Assembly: GCA_963748035.1 (NCBI GenBank)
Contig: CAVVHO010000006.1
Coordinates: 144,176-208,175 of the forward strand
Length of the DNA: 64,000 nt
Reading direction: 5' to 3'
Source: an uncultured Gemmatimonadales bacterium
Lineage (GTDB): Bacteria; Gemmatimonadota; Gemmatimonadetes; Gemmatimonadales; GWC2-71-9
Made by a program: the position numbers and the translations under genes. Positions 21,349-31,579 of the stretch are shown one piece after another. The notes under the pieces were generated by a model. It had not been told where the DNA came from. It did not search any database and saw only the letters and a program-made list of their open reading frames with translations. Position 1 is the first letter of the stretch; each line of letters opens with the position of its first letter.

Positions 21349-24300
21349 ATGATACTGTCCCTGCTGTCGGTCTTGTCGGCCCTGTCCGTCTCGCCCGCAT
21401 CGTCCTCCCTGTCCGCGCCGCTCGCTGACACCACGCGGAAGAAGACCGACAGCCTGCCGCTCGCACGAACGCGAACCATCGAGTTTGCGACCAGCGAAGG
21501 CACCTGGCTCTCACTCGACGTCTCGCCGGACGGCCGTACCATCGCCTTCGAGCTGATGGGAGACATCTACACGCTGCCGATCGCGGGCGGCCAGGCGACC
21601 GCGATCACCAGCGGCCCTCCCTTCGATTCCCAACCGCGCTGGTCGCCGGACGGCAAGCGGCTTGTCTTCCTGAGCGACCGTGACGGCAGTGAAAACGTCT
21701 GGACGATGAACGCCGATGGAACCGGTATCAAGCAGGTAAGCAAAGGGCGACAACAACCTCTATGCTTCGCCAGAATGGACACCGGACGGCGAATACATCG
21801 CGGTCTCCCGCACCAACGGGCCCATCGGCAGCAACTACCAGCTGTGGCTGTTTCACAGGGACGGCGGTCCGGGCGTGAGCCTTACCAAGGACGACAAGGG
21901 CGAGCGGGTGCTCGGCTCCGGGCGCGGCACCACCATCAACAGCATGGGCCCCGCCTTCGGGAATGAAGGCCGCTACGTGTGGTATGCCAGAAAGCGCGGC
22001 GGATTCGGGTACAATATCGACATCACCCAGTGGCAGTTGGCGATCTTCGACCGGCAGAACGGCAAGATCTTCCCGCAGACCGACGTCTACGGGAGCGCCA
22101 TGCGCCCGGCTCTGTCCCCCGACGGGCACTGGCTGGTGTACGGTGTCCGCCACGACGGCGAAACGGGGCTCCGGCTCCGCGACCTCACGAGCGGCGACGA
22201 GCGCTGGCTCCGCTACCCGGTGCAGCGCGACGACCAGGAATCACGCTTCACCCGGGACCTCCTGCCGGGTTCGTCATTCACCCCGGACAGCCGGGCGCTG
22301 GTGACCACCTGGGGCGGGAGGATCTGGCGGGTGGAGCTGGCGGACGGCAAGGCGACCGAAATCCCCTTCACGGCGCGGGTGCGACTCGAACTCGGGCCGC
22401 TGGTCAAGTTTCCCTTTCAGGTGGACACCGGGGACATCCTCCTCAAGCAGATCCGGGATCCTTCCGTCTCGCCCGACGGCAAGAGCCTCACCTTCAGTGC
22501 GCTCGATCGCATCTACGTGATGCAGCTCCCGCATGGGACGCCCCGCCGACTCACCAGTGACACGGTGCATGAACAGGAACCGAGCTGGTCTCCGGACGGC
22601 CGGACCATCGCCTACATCACCTGGAGCAATGCCGGCGGTTACATCCAGGTGGTGGGCGCCGATGGTCGCGGGCAAGCCCGCCAGGCTCACCCCGGCGCCG
22701 GCGTTCTACATGTATCCCGCCTGGTGCCCCGACGGGCAGCGGATCGTCGCACTGCGCGGGCCTCGCGAGGCGCGGGTGACCGAGGGATTCGGACCCGGGT
22801 ATGACTTGGTCTGGTTGCCGGTCAAGGGAGGGGCTCCCCAACGCGTGGCGCCGGTCAATCCCGACCGGCCGGCCGCACTTCTCCCGCGATCCCAACCGCA
22901 TCTACCTGTATGAGGCGAGCGACGGCCTGGTCTCCATGCGCTTCGATGGCACCGATCGCCGGGCACATATCAAGGTGACGGGCTTCACGGTCAATGCGCC
23001 CAGCGCCGAGCCCAACGCAGCCGACGAGATCCTCGTCTCTCCCGACAGCTCCCGGGTCCTCGCGCTGGTGAACAACTACATCTACCTGATCAACCTGCCC
23101 ATGACGGGCCAGCAGCCGATCACGATCAACATCGCGGATCCGGCGGCTGCGGTCTTCCCGGCAAGACGGTTGACCAAGATCGGTGGAGACTTCATCGGCT
23201 GGGCGGCCGACGCCCGGAGCGTCACCTGGTCGCTGGGCCGGAGCTTCTTCCGGTACCAGATGGCGGCTGCCGACTCATTAACCAAGCTCAAGAGCTCGGT
23301 CGATTCGGCCCGCGCTGATTCGGTCAAGGCCCTAGGCGACAAGGCGGATTCGGCTCTCAAGGCCCGGGTGGATTCCCTCGCCAAGCTGCCGGCCTACGAG
23401 CCATCCCGACTCGATCTGGCCATCCGCGTTCCGCGCGACGTGCCGCACGGCACCGTGGTGCTGACGGGCGCCCGTATCATCACCATGAAGGGCGACGAGG
23501 TCATCGAGAAGGGCGATATCGTGATCACCGACAATCGGGTTGTCTGCGTGGCGGCCGCGAACGGCGTGCGCCCGTCCGCCGGCGGCGAAGATCATCGACC
23601 TGACCGGCAAGACCGTCATGCCTGGGCTGGTCGATATCCACGCCCATCCCTGGCCCACCTGGGGAGTCCATGAGCCGCAGGTCTGGAAGTATCTCGCCAA
23701 CCTCGCGTACGGCGTCACCACTACCCGCGATCCGCAGACCTCTACCACGGACGTGCTGACGTACGCCGACCAGGTTGAGGCGGGCGACCTGCTGGGCCCG
23801 CGGATCTATCACACCGGACCGGGCGTATTCGGCCCCTACGTCGAGGAGCCCTTCGCGCAGCCTGGACGACGTTCGCAACGCGCTCAAGCGCTACAGCGAG
23901 TTCTACCATACGAATACCATCAAGCAGTACATGGCCGGCAACCGGAAGCAGCGGCGAATGGGTCATTATGGCGGCGAAGGAACAGGGACTCATGCCGACC
24001 ATCGAGGGCGGCCTCGACTTCAAGATGAACCTGACGGTCGCGATGGATGGCTACCCCGGCCACGAGCATGCACTGCCGATCATGCCCCTGTCACAGGATG
24101 TGGTCGAGCTGTACGCCAAGTCGGGGATCACCTATACCCCCACGCTGCTGGTCTCCTACGGCGGCCCATTCAGCGAGAACTGGTTCTACGAGCACTACGA
24201 CATCCACGACATCCCCAAGGTGCGGCGATTCTTCCCCCACGCAGAGATCGATGCGCGGGCCGAGCGACGTCCCTGGTTTCGTGACAACCAATACGTCTTC

Positions 24301-24744
24301 GAACGGCTGGCCGAAGGAGCCAGAAAGATCGTCGAGGCCGGTGGGCGCGTGGGGTTGGGCGGCCACGGCCAGATGGACGGCCTGGGAGACCACTGGGAGC
24401 TATGGGCCCTTGCCTCCGGCGGCATGAAGCCGCACGATGTCTTGAGGGTCGGCACCATCTTCGGGGCCGAGGCGATCGGGTTCGGTCAGGACTTGGGATC
24501 GGTCGAGCCAGGCAAGCTCGCGGATCTGCTGGTGCTCGACGCCAATCCGCTCGTTGACATTCACAACACCAACACCATTCACTACGTGATGAAGAACGGG
24601 CGCCTCTACGAGGGTGACACCCTCGACGAGATCTATCCGCGTCGCCGCCCGCTGCCCCCGGCGTGGTGGTGGAACCGCGACGCGGCCGACGTCGGATCAG
24701 CTTCATCCGCGACGGAGACAGACCTCCCCGCCAGCGGATGGTGA
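21349..24744 (+). pseudogene. TolB-like beta-propeller + amidohydrolase family protein, interrupted by six +1 frameshifts
   Basis: A continuous homologous-looking reading passes through track ORFs 21307-21966 (frame 1), 21875-22804 (2), 22533-22913 (3), 22801-23673 (1), 23540-24028 (2), 23775-24284 (3) and 23968-24744 (1). It has PD40-like repeats (SPDGRTIAF, SPDGKRLVF, SPDGHWLVY, SPDGKSLTF, SPDGRTIAY) and then amidohydrolase motifs (GKTVMPGLVDIHAHP ... GHGQMDG ... LADLLVLDANPL). Shifts are near 21742, 22670, 22868, 23583, 23856 and 23954. Confidence 0.8.
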
Positions 24745-26426
24745 CGGCCAACAGCCCGCTGCGACACCGCGCCGCAATCGCCGGCCTGCTCTTCCTGAGC
24801 GCTTGCGCTCCCGCGGCACAGCCGGTTTCCCCGGCGCGTGGACCGCTTGCCGGAGTGGAGCGGGACTACCAGGCAGCGCGCTTCTGGGACGACCGCATCC
24901 GCCTCGCCGAATCCCTCGGGGCGGATAGCACCTTGGAGGGCATTCCGGTCGCGGCGGCCCGGGACAGTTTGCAGGCGACCAGCGGGAGCTTTCGAGCCCG
25001 TTTGACAGAAAGCTCCGCCCTGCGGCTGACGGCCGGGGATTCGAGCGCTCGTGCGACCCTGGCCGCGAGCGCCCTCGCCGCTGCACCGAAAACCACCGGT
25101 AATACAGCCAGCTCCGATACCACCTCGACGTCGACCTGTGAGTACGAGGCGGCGGCCGTCGCCGCCCGCCCCGACGGCCTTCGCAGGCTGACGGACATTG
25201 TATTCGGATGCTACGGGAATGCCGCCCGGGTCATCGTTGTTGCGGGCGATACACTCAATCGGCTCGGGATCCTCGGTCTGCTCGGGCGCACCGAGGATCC
25301 GCGGCAACGGGAGCGGCTGTGGCGGGCACTCGAGCCGGTCTGGCGGAGCGTGAACGGCGATAACGGCGTCCACAGTCCATACCGCGAGCTACTTCGCCTG
25401 CGGCGCAGTGAGTGGGGAGATTCCGGATCACCGATCGAGGCAAAGGGACCGGCCTTCGGGCTCAAGTCTCGCGAGCTGGATCAATGGCTGGTCACCGCGC
25501 TGGAACAGTGGCGCTCCCTGACGCCCGACACACTCCTCGAACCCTGGGACTGGTACTATCTGATGGGTGAGGCCAGTCGCCGGCTGTCGCCCCGCATTCC
25601 GGGACTCGCCGATCTGCGCAGGGTCAATCAGGACTACTACCGTCAGCTCGGCGCGGATCCAGGGCGCCTGAAGGTGCGCTATGATCTGGAGGCGCGACCC
25701 GGAAAGTACCCCGTGGCCTATACCGACTTTGGGAGCCATGTCCGGTGGGCGGGGCGGGAACTGCTGCCGGCCGAACCGTGGGTGTTTACCAGCTATCTCT
25801 CAGGCGGCTTCGACAACCTCGCCGAGCTGCTGCACGAGACCGGCCATGCGATTCACATCGCCGCGATTCATACCAGGCCGGCGTATGACGACTGGCCCGA
25901 CAACGACACCTTCACCGAGGCGCTCGCGGATCTCCCGGCGATGGAGCTGTACGAGCCCGTGTGGCAGCTCAGATTCCTCGGCGACAGCGCACCACTCAAG
26001 GCGTCGCTCCGGGCCAAGTACTCGGGCATCATGTTCGACATGGCCTGGGCCCTGTTCGAGCTCCGCGTGCACCGCGACCCGAATGCGGATCCGAATGCGA
26101 TCTGGACGGCGATCACCAGAGACTACCTCGGTATCAAGCCCCACCCTGATTGGTCCTGGTGGGCGATGCGGGGTCAGCTCGTGGACGGCCCCGGTTACCT
26201 GGTCAACTATGCGTTAGGCGCGTTTCTGGTCGCCGACATGCGCGAGGCCATCCGCTCGCTTCGTGGCCCAAATGCCTGGAGTGCCCCGGGCCTCTATCCC
26301 TGGCTCTCCGCGCGGATCTATCGCTTTGGCCTGGAGCGCCCCTCACGCGAGGTGCTCGAGCAACTCCTGGGTCGTCCGCTCGAGCCGGTGGCGCTGCTCA
26401 CCGATCTCCATCGAGTGCAACAATGA
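24738..26426 (+). CDS. Lipoprotein with HExxH motif (putative zinc metallopeptidase)
   Basis: ATG 24738 overlaps the upstream stop. Lipobox LLFLSAC, and LLHETGHAIH contains HETGH. I do not recognise the family with confidence. Confidence 0.7.
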   Translation: MVTANSPLRHRAAIAGLLFLSACAPAAQPVSPARGPLAGVERDYQAARFWDDRIRLAESLGADSTLEGIPVAAARDSLQATSGSFRARLTESSALRLTAGDSSARATLAASALAAAPKTTGNTASSDTTSTSTCEYEAAAVAARPDGLRRLTDIVFGCYGNAARVIVVAGDTLNRLGILGLLGRTEDPRQRERLWRALEPVWRSVNGDNGVHSPYRELLRLRRSEWGDSGSPIEAKGPAFGLKSRELDQWLVTALEQWRSLTPDTLLEPWDWYYLMGEASRRLSPRIPGLADLRRVNQDYYRQLGADPGRLKVRYDLEARPGKYPVAYTDFGSHVRWAGRELLPAEPWVFTSYLSGGFDNLAELLHETGHAIHIAAIHTRPAYDDWPDNDTFTEALADLPAMELYEPVWQLRFLGDSAPLKASLRAKYSGIMFDMAWALFELRVHRDPNADPNAIWTAITRDYLGIKPHPDWSWWAMRGQLVDGPGYLVNYALGAFLVADMREAIRSLRGPNAWSAPGLYPWLSARIYRFGLERPSREVLEQLLGRPLEPVALLTDLHRVQQ

Positions 26427-27079
26427 TCCCCCTTCCCTTTCTCAGCGAGCACTCGGGGGAACGGGGCCAGTTTCTCAAGTTGTTTGGTCAACTGCTGGGT
26501 CCGGCTTTCTTTCTACTCGTCGCCGGCGAATTCATGGCACAGCGGGCGGGGTGGATCGGGAGCGGTGCTTTCTGGTTTCTGGTCCTGATCGTGAACCTTC
26601 CGCTGATCTTTCTCTGCTCGGTACTCCTGTACGCCCTCATCGACCGGACCGTCGACAGCGCCGCGGCATTGGCGTCCGGCAATCTGCCATCGGCCCCCGC
26701 CCACTCCGGCTGCGAATCCCTGGAGGCGCGGGGATTGTACCATCAGGCCGCCGATGCCTATCGAGCCCTCATTGCCGCACACCCGGCCGACAACCTCGCC
26801 CGCATCAAGCTCGCCGAGCTGTACCGCGCACACCTGGGCGAGCCGGAGAGCGCGGAACGCCTCTTTCTGGAGGTCCGCCAGAATCACCCCGATCCGCGGC
26901 ATGATTTCCTCGCCGCGAATCTGTTGCTGGAGTTGCACCGGAGCACCGGTCGGCGAGACCGGCTGGTAGTGGAGCTGGCGAAGTTCGCCGACCGCTATCG
27001 CAACACCCGGGCCGGCCGCGATGCCGCTCGGGCACTCAGAGAAATGAAGGGGGAGATGAGGGAAGGTAGAGAGGAGTGA
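26423..27079 (+). CDS. Membrane protein with C-terminal TPR-like helical region
   Basis: ATG 26423 has an ATGA overlap with the upstream stop. Two hydrophobic helices (LLGPAFFLLVAGEF, FWFLVLIVNLPLIFLCSVLLYALI) are followed by YHQAADAYRALIAAHPADNLARIKLAELY. Confidence 0.65.
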   Translation: MIPLPFLSEHSGERGQFLKLFGQLLGPAFFLLVAGEFMAQRAGWIGSGAFWFLVLIVNLPLIFLCSVLLYALIDRTVDSAAALASGNLPSAPAHSGCESLEARGLYHQAADAYRALIAAHPADNLARIKLAELYRAHLGEPESAERLFLEVRQNHPDPRHDFLAANLLLELHRSTGRRDRLVVELAKFADRYRNTRAGRDAARALREMKGEMREGREE

Positions 27080-27296
27080 GGAGTGAGCGGTGAGGAGTGA
27101 GGAGTGAGAAGTGAGGAGTGAGGAGTGAGGAGTGAGGAGTGAGAAGTGAGAAGTAACAGCTCCTGGGGCTCACGCCTGACGGCTGATGGTTGACGGCCAA
27201 TGGCTGACGGCTGACGGCTCACGGCTCACGGCTCACGGCTCACGGCTCACGGCTGACGGCTGACGGCTGACGGCTAACGGCTAACGGCTAACGGCT
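27072..27296. repeat. Two adjacent heptamer arrays: GAGTGAG/GAGTGAA (about 12 units), then GACGGCT/CACGGCT/AACGGCT (about 18 units)
   Basis: Read directly at 27072-27156 and 27166-27296. The stop codons of both flanking convergent genes lie inside the arrays. Confidence 0.92.
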
Positions 27297-28179
27297 GCAA
27301 CGTAAACACCGCCACCTCCGGTGGACACCGAAACCGCGCCCGGATGCTGGTAGTGCCCACGCCACGGCTCACGTAGAGCGGCGCAAACGAATCGCGATAC
27401 CATCCCGCCAGAAAACGCCCGCTTCCAGTTGGGGTAATCGCCGGGAGAAGCGGAAGACGGATCTGGCCCCCGTGGGTATGGCCGGACAGCGCCAGAGCGG
27501 GAGCAGGCAGCGCTTGCTGCATCACCTCGTCGGCGTAGCCCGGAGCGTGAAAGCCCCAGACGGTCACCGCGCCGGAAGGGACTTCGCGGAGGGCGCGGGC
27601 CGGATCCGGCGCCCCACTCAGCGGGTCGTCCAGTCCCACGATCGAAAGCCGATGCTCCCCGACCGTCAGCGTCAGCGCCTCATTGAACAGGAAGGTCGCG
27701 CCGGCCCGTTCGCAGGTCCGCTCCATGTGCGACGGGGTGATGCCGACCTCGTGCTCCCAGTTCCCCAGCGTCACCACGGTGGCGAGCCGGCCGTGACACC
27801 CTTCCACAAACGATCGGACGTGACGCAACTGACCGACGCTCTCTGCCAAGTCACCCGTGATAATCGTGATGTCGGGCGCGGCCTCGCTCACGATCTCGCT
27901 GGCGCGCCGAGCCGCGGGATGGAGGCCATGGTAGAGATGGATGTCACTCAGGTGCGCGATCCGGAGCCCGGCGAGTTCTGCGGGAAGGGTGGGGACCACG
28001 ACTTCCTCGCGAACCAATTCCACCCGACGGGGGGCCCAGACAAAGGCGTCGGTCCCTGCGCCACCCAGCCCGGCCAGCGCACCGCCTGCCGCAATCAGGA
28101 ATCGCCGCCGGGAAACCGAGCCAGAAATCCCAGTCGATGTACCCTTCCCGGCGGAGCCTTGCTCATCCATCCCCATCAT
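27274..28179 (-). CDS. Metallophosphoesterase with Tat-type signal
   Basis: 301 aa. SRRRFLIAAGGALAGLG twin-arginine motif, and HLSDIHL, GDLAE, GNWEH, GHTHGG phosphoesterase motifs. Confidence 0.87.
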   Translation of the reverse strand: MMGMDEQGSAGKGTSTGISGSVSRRRFLIAAGGALAGLGGAGTDAFVWAPRRVELVREEVVVPTLPAELAGLRIAHLSDIHLYHGLHPAARRASEIVSEAAPDITIITGDLAESVGQLRHVRSFVEGCHGRLATVVTLGNWEHEVGITPSHMERTCERAGATFLFNEALTLTVGEHRLSIVGLDDPLSGAPDPARALREVPSGAVTVWGFHAPGYADEVMQQALPAPALALSGHTHGGQIRLPLLPAITPTGSGRFLAGWYRDSFAPLYVSRGVGTTSIRARFRCPPEVAVFTLQPLAVSR

Positions 28180-28251
28180 GAACCCTTATGTTCCGTCAGT
28201 CGCGAGTGCTGCCTCGGGCCGCGTGCCACAGAGGGAATCTATACATCAGAG

Positions 28252-28348
28252 TCGGTTATCGGCTATCGGCTATCGCTATCGGCTATCGGCTATCGGCTGA
28301 CGGCTAACGGCCAACGGCTGACGGCTGACGCGCTAACGGCTAACGCCT
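28252..28348. repeat. Heptamer array (CGGCTAT then GACGGCT/AACGGCT units)
   Basis: cggttatcggctatcggctatcgctatcggctatcggctatcggctgacggctaacggccaacggctgacggctgacgcgctaacggctaacg. Confidence 0.9.
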
Positions 28349-29031
28349 GCAAGCGTCGGCTCCGGCAGCGCCAGCAGCGTGTGACCGTGAAACGGACTCC
28401 GCTCCCCACCGATCAGAAGCCGGCTGACCTCGATGTCTTCGCTCACGAGCAGCCCGACCGGGGCGCTTGCAGCCGGCAGATCGAACAGCAACGTGGTGGT
28501 GTACGACTCGCCCGGACGCAGCTGCTGTGTGAGCGGCACGGATGTGATGCCCAGCCGGGCGAGCTCGTCGGCGCCAACCTCAAGCGGCGCTCGCTGACTG
28601 CCGTCTTGGACCATCAGCGTCACCTGCCGGGGATTGGGCCAGAGTGGAGCCTCTCGCGGCCGCTGGCTTGATATCGTACGCTCATCGAAACGGGTTCGGA
28701 TGGTTACCGCCCAGACTGTGCCGAGCGCTCGGGGCACTTCGACCACACGCCGGATGCCCGTGACCGAATAGGCGAGATGGCAATCGATCTCGCAGAAGTA
28801 CTTCTCTGTTCCGACAGGAAGCGTGTGGTTGCGGCTGAGGAGACCAATCCCAGTCAGCACCACCAGGTAGAGGGCGGCCAGCCCGATTCCCCCCGTGAGA
28901 CCAAGTTTGATGAGGCCGGGCTGTTTCCGCACCAATCCCCAAAGAGCGACAGCCAGGAGGAGCGCAACCAGCCCGGCACTGCCGAGGAACGCGAGAATCG
29001 ACAGAATGGTGAGGGTGCTCGAGGGCGGCAT
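28333..29031 (-). CDS. Hypothetical membrane protein
   Basis: 232 aa. Two N-terminal hydrophobic helices, and no recognised motif. The C-terminal codons are read from the heptamer array. Confidence 0.55.
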   Translation of the reverse strand: MPPSSTLTILSILAFLGSAGLVALLLAVALWGLVRKQPGLIKLGLTGGIGLAALYLVVLTGIGLLSRNHTLPVGTEKYFCEIDCHLAYSVTGIRRVVEVPRALGTVWAVTIRTRFDERTISSQRPREAPLWPNPRQVTLMVQDGSQRAPLEVGADELARLGITSVPLTQQLRPGESYTTTLLFDLPAASAPVGLLVSEDIEVSRLLIGGERSPFHGHTLLALPEPTLAGVSR

Positions 29032-29038
29032 GGGTGGT

Positions 29039-29172
29039 CTTAGGGTTTAGGGTTCAGGAATCACGGGCTGCGTTCAGCGTGCAGCGTTCAGGGTCGAGGG
29101 TTCGGAGTTGCGGGGCGAGGGTTCAGGGTCTTGCTGAACGCTGTACGCTGTACGCTCGACGCGGACCCTGAG
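29039..29172. repeat. Heptamer-type repeats (AGGGTTT/AGGGTTC, CAGCGTT) with partial inverted symmetry
   Basis: ttagggtttagggttcagg ... gcgttcagcgtgcagcgttcagggtc ... gctgaacgctgtacgctgtacgc ... gaccctgag. It overlaps the 3' end of the next ORF. Confidence 0.8.
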
Positions 29173-30311
29173 ACCACCTGCGCACGCCCACCAAACCGCC
29201 CCACATCAGGGAATGAGCCGCGGCCGAAGAAGACTCGTGATGCAAGCCGATTGAGCGGGGGGTGGCGAAGGACCGTGCAGGCGGCCTCGAGCAACAGCGG
29301 ATGCCGGAGCCGAGCCAATAACGCTCGTAGTAAGAGCCGGGTTCTGAACCGCCGCCGGAAACGCGCCCCGTCATACGGCCTGAGTGCGACTGCGTCGCCG
29401 CTTTCCAGGTATTCCAGCGTTACCTGGGCGGCCAACTCGGAGAGTCTGAGGCACGGATCGAGACCGCCGGCCGTCAGGGGCGAGACCGCGCCCGCGGCAT
29501 CTCCAACCAGCAATCCCCGAGGCGAACTGATCCGCGGAAGTACACCACCCACTGGGATTCTGCCGCCGCGTCGGTCCATCAGGCGCGCCTGACTCCAATC
29601 GAGCACCACAGGAAGCTGCCCACGCAGCGACTCCAGTGCCGCACCAGGATCGAAGTGCTCGGCGTAGCCACCCACGCCGAGGTGGACCTCCTCGCCATCA
29701 TGGACCAGCCAGGCGAGGTAGCCCGGCGCGAGAATCGGGGAGAGGATGCAGTGAAAGATCGGCGGACCTTCCAGCGGAATCCCCTGGTATACCTCCTCGA
29801 CACCCACGATCCATTCGCTGTTTCGGGAGAGCCCAAGCCACTCGGCGACCCGCGAGCGGGCTCCATCGGCTCCAATCACGAATCGCGCGTGCAGCAGACC
29901 GGGGTACGCACCCTTGAGTCGAGCGAGGGATCCCCCTGCACCCCCTTCCACGCTCGTGCAGCGGGTCCCCGGCCGCCACTCGGCGCCAGCCTCTGAGGCC
30001 GCCGCCAGGAGCGAGAGGCAGAGGGGCCCCATTCGCGCCACCCGAAACTCCGCATGAGGGCTCTCCAGCGTTTGTGACTCGAGGTTCGGCGAGTACAGCG
30101 TCACATGCCGAATGGCCGGCCCGAAGCACTTAGGCGGCAGCGCGAAGTCCTCCAATGTCCGGCGCACGAATATGCCAGTGGTGCGGATTCGCTTGTCCAC
30201 GTTGGCACGGTCATCCACCAAGACGACACGCAGTCCTGCCCCCGCCAGAAGGCGGGCGCTCCAGAGCCCGGCGAGCCCGGCCCCAACAATCAGGACGTCA
30301 CACCGCTGCAT
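29088..30311 (-). CDS. FAD-dependent oxidoreductase, geranylgeranyl reductase-like
   Basis: The internal Met at 30311 gives [34 protein letters not shown] (Rossmann GxGxxG), with a later GDAAG motif. The start overlaps the uppS stop by 14 nt. Confidence 0.82.
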   Translation of the reverse strand: MQRCDVLIVGAGLAGLWSARLLAGAGLRVVLVDDRANVDKRIRTTGIFVRRTLEDFALPPKCFGPAIRHVTLYSPNLESQTLESPHAEFRVARMGPLCLSLLAAASEAGAEWRPGTRCTSVEGGAGGSLARLKGAYPGLLHARFVIGADGARSRVAEWLGLSRNSEWIVGVEEVYQGIPLEGPPIFHCILSPILAPGYLAWLVHDGEEVHLGVGGYAEHFDPGAALESLRGQLPVVLDWSQARLMDRRGGRIPVGGVLPRISSPRGLLVGDAAGAVSPLTAGGLDPCLRLSELAAQVTLEYLESGDAVALRPYDGARFRRRFRTRLLLRALLARLRHPLLLEAACTVLRHPPLNRLASRVFFGRGSFPDVGRFGGRAQVVSGSASSVQRTAFSKTLNPRPATPNPRP

Positions 30312-31026
30312 CACGCCCCGCGTCGGTATCCGGCGCGAGTCCGCCGAAGCGGCGTTCGCGACGGCGAAAGGCGGCGACGATCTCGCCGAGGTCCGTCGCA
30401 TCGAACGTCGGCCAGGGCTTGTCGCTGAAGAACAGTTCCGCGTACGCCACTTCCCAGAGGAGAAAATCGCTGAGCCGCCGCTCCCCACCCGTTCGGATCA
30501 ACAAGTCCACGTCCGGGGCCGGGCGCCGTCCATGGCCAGCCTGGGCCAGGAGCGCCGCAAATCGCTCCCGGGTGAGCGGCTTGGAGCCAGTCGAGAGACT
30601 CGCCGCCCGGATAATCTGGTCCCGCGCTGAATAGTCGATCGCGATGCGAAGCCAGAGTCGCCGACCGGCGACTGTGGCGTGTTCAGCGGTCGTGATGGCC
30701 GCGCGCAGGCCAAGTGGGAGCCGATCCCGGCGTCCGACGACGGACAGTCGCACGCCCTGCGCCCGGAACTCCGACTCCTCATCCCGCAGATGGTCAGCGA
30801 GCAGGGCGAGCAACGCCGTCACTTCCCGCTCGGGGCGCCGCCAGTTATCGGACGAGAAGGCGTACAGCGTCAGTGTGTCGATCCCGACGGCCGGAGCCGC
30901 ACGGACGATGCGCCGCACGGCCTCGGCGCCCGCGCGATGTCCCGCCTCGCGGGGAAGCCCCTGCCCCGTGGCCCAGCGGCCGTTGCCGTCGAGGATGATG
31001 GCGGCGTGTAACGAAGTGCTTTGCAT
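30298..31026 (-). CDS. uppS: Undecaprenyl/isoprenyl diphosphate synthase (cis-prenyltransferase)
   Basis: Starts at the Met at 31026. [27 protein letters not shown] and [16 protein letters not shown] are UppS signatures. The upstream 32 codons of the track ORF are translated repeat. Confidence 0.92.
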   Translation of the reverse strand: MQSTSLHAAIILDGNGRWATGQGLPREAGHRAGAEAVRRIVRAAPAVGIDTLTLYAFSSDNWRRPEREVTALLALLADHLRDEESEFRAQGVRLSVVGRRDRLPLGLRAAITTAEHATVAGRRLWLRIAIDYSARDQIIRAASLSTGSKPLTRERFAALLAQAGHGRRPAPDVDLLIRTGGERRLSDFLLWEVAYAELFFSDKPWPTFDATDLGEIVAAFRRRERRFGGLAPDTDAGRDAAV

Positions 31027-31065
31027 GGTAAAGCATGCTCTCAAAAAAAAGGAAACCTTCAGTTC

Positions 31066-31163
31066 AGTGAGAAGTGAGAAGTGAGAAGTGAGAAGTGAGA
31101 AGTGGTTTCCCAGCTCCATCACACCTCACTTCTTACTTCTTACCTCTCACTTCTTACTCTCAC
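31066..31163. repeat. Inverted heptamer arrays (GTGAGAA x5 ... CTCACTT/CTTACTT); on the minus strand followed by a T8 tract
   Basis: The 31066-31104 direct array and the 31120-31163 array are complementary. ggaaacc (31051-57) and ggtttcc (31104-10) also pair. A8 at 31043-50 equals U8 on the minus-strand transcript, giving a terminator-like arrangement between the regulator gene and uppS. Confidence 0.85.
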
Positions 31164-31579
31164 AGCCGGCCGCTGACCGCCGTAATCAACGCCTCCATGT
31201 GATCCAGGTACCGCTCCAACGCCTTGCGGCCGGTGGCGGTGAGGCGGTACTCGGTCCGGGGAATGCGCCCATCAAACGACTTGACGCAGTCGACGTATCC
31301 GGCGTCCTCAAGCTTTCGGGCATGCACGCTCAGATTGCCGTCGCTGGTCTTGAGCAGAGCCTTGAGTTCGTTGAAAGTGAGGCTCTCATTGACCGCGAGT
31401 GCACTCACGATCGCCAGGCGCAGCCGTTCGTGGATCACCTTGTCCAGATCCGGTGCCAGCGCCGCCCGACCACCCTTAACACTCTTGAGCTCACTGCCGC
31501 GGGCCCCGGTGCCGCGGGCCCCAGTGCCGCGGGCCTCTGTGCCCGCGGCTCCCTTCCGCGCCGCATTGTCCTTACCCAC
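31160..31579 (-). CDS. Winged-helix transcriptional regulator (HTH_34/ArsR-like)
   Basis: GTG 31579 is preceded by AGGAGG 5 nt upstream. The C-terminal part LDKVIHERLRLAIVSALAVNESLTFNELKALLKTSDGNLSVHARKLEDAGYVDCVKSFDGRIPRTEYRLTATGRKALERYL is a typical winged helix. The N-terminus contains a GTGAR pentapeptide repeat encoded by a 15-nt x 3.5 tandem repeat (31494-31547). Confidence 0.75.
   Translation of the reverse strand: MGKDNAARKGAAGTEARGTGARGTGARGSELKSVKGGRAALAPDLDKVIHERLRLAIVSALAVNESLTFNELKALLKTSDGNLSVHARKLEDAGYVDCVKSFDGRIPRTEYRLTATGRKALERYLDHMEALITAVSGRL

Noticed and set aside
29039-29060. ttagggtttagggttcagg resembles the plant-type telomere repeat TTTAGGG
   Set aside because: There are only about 2-3 units. 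It sits in the middle of a chromosomal gene run and fits the general heptamer-array family (AGGGTTC variants). I treat it as a coincidence.
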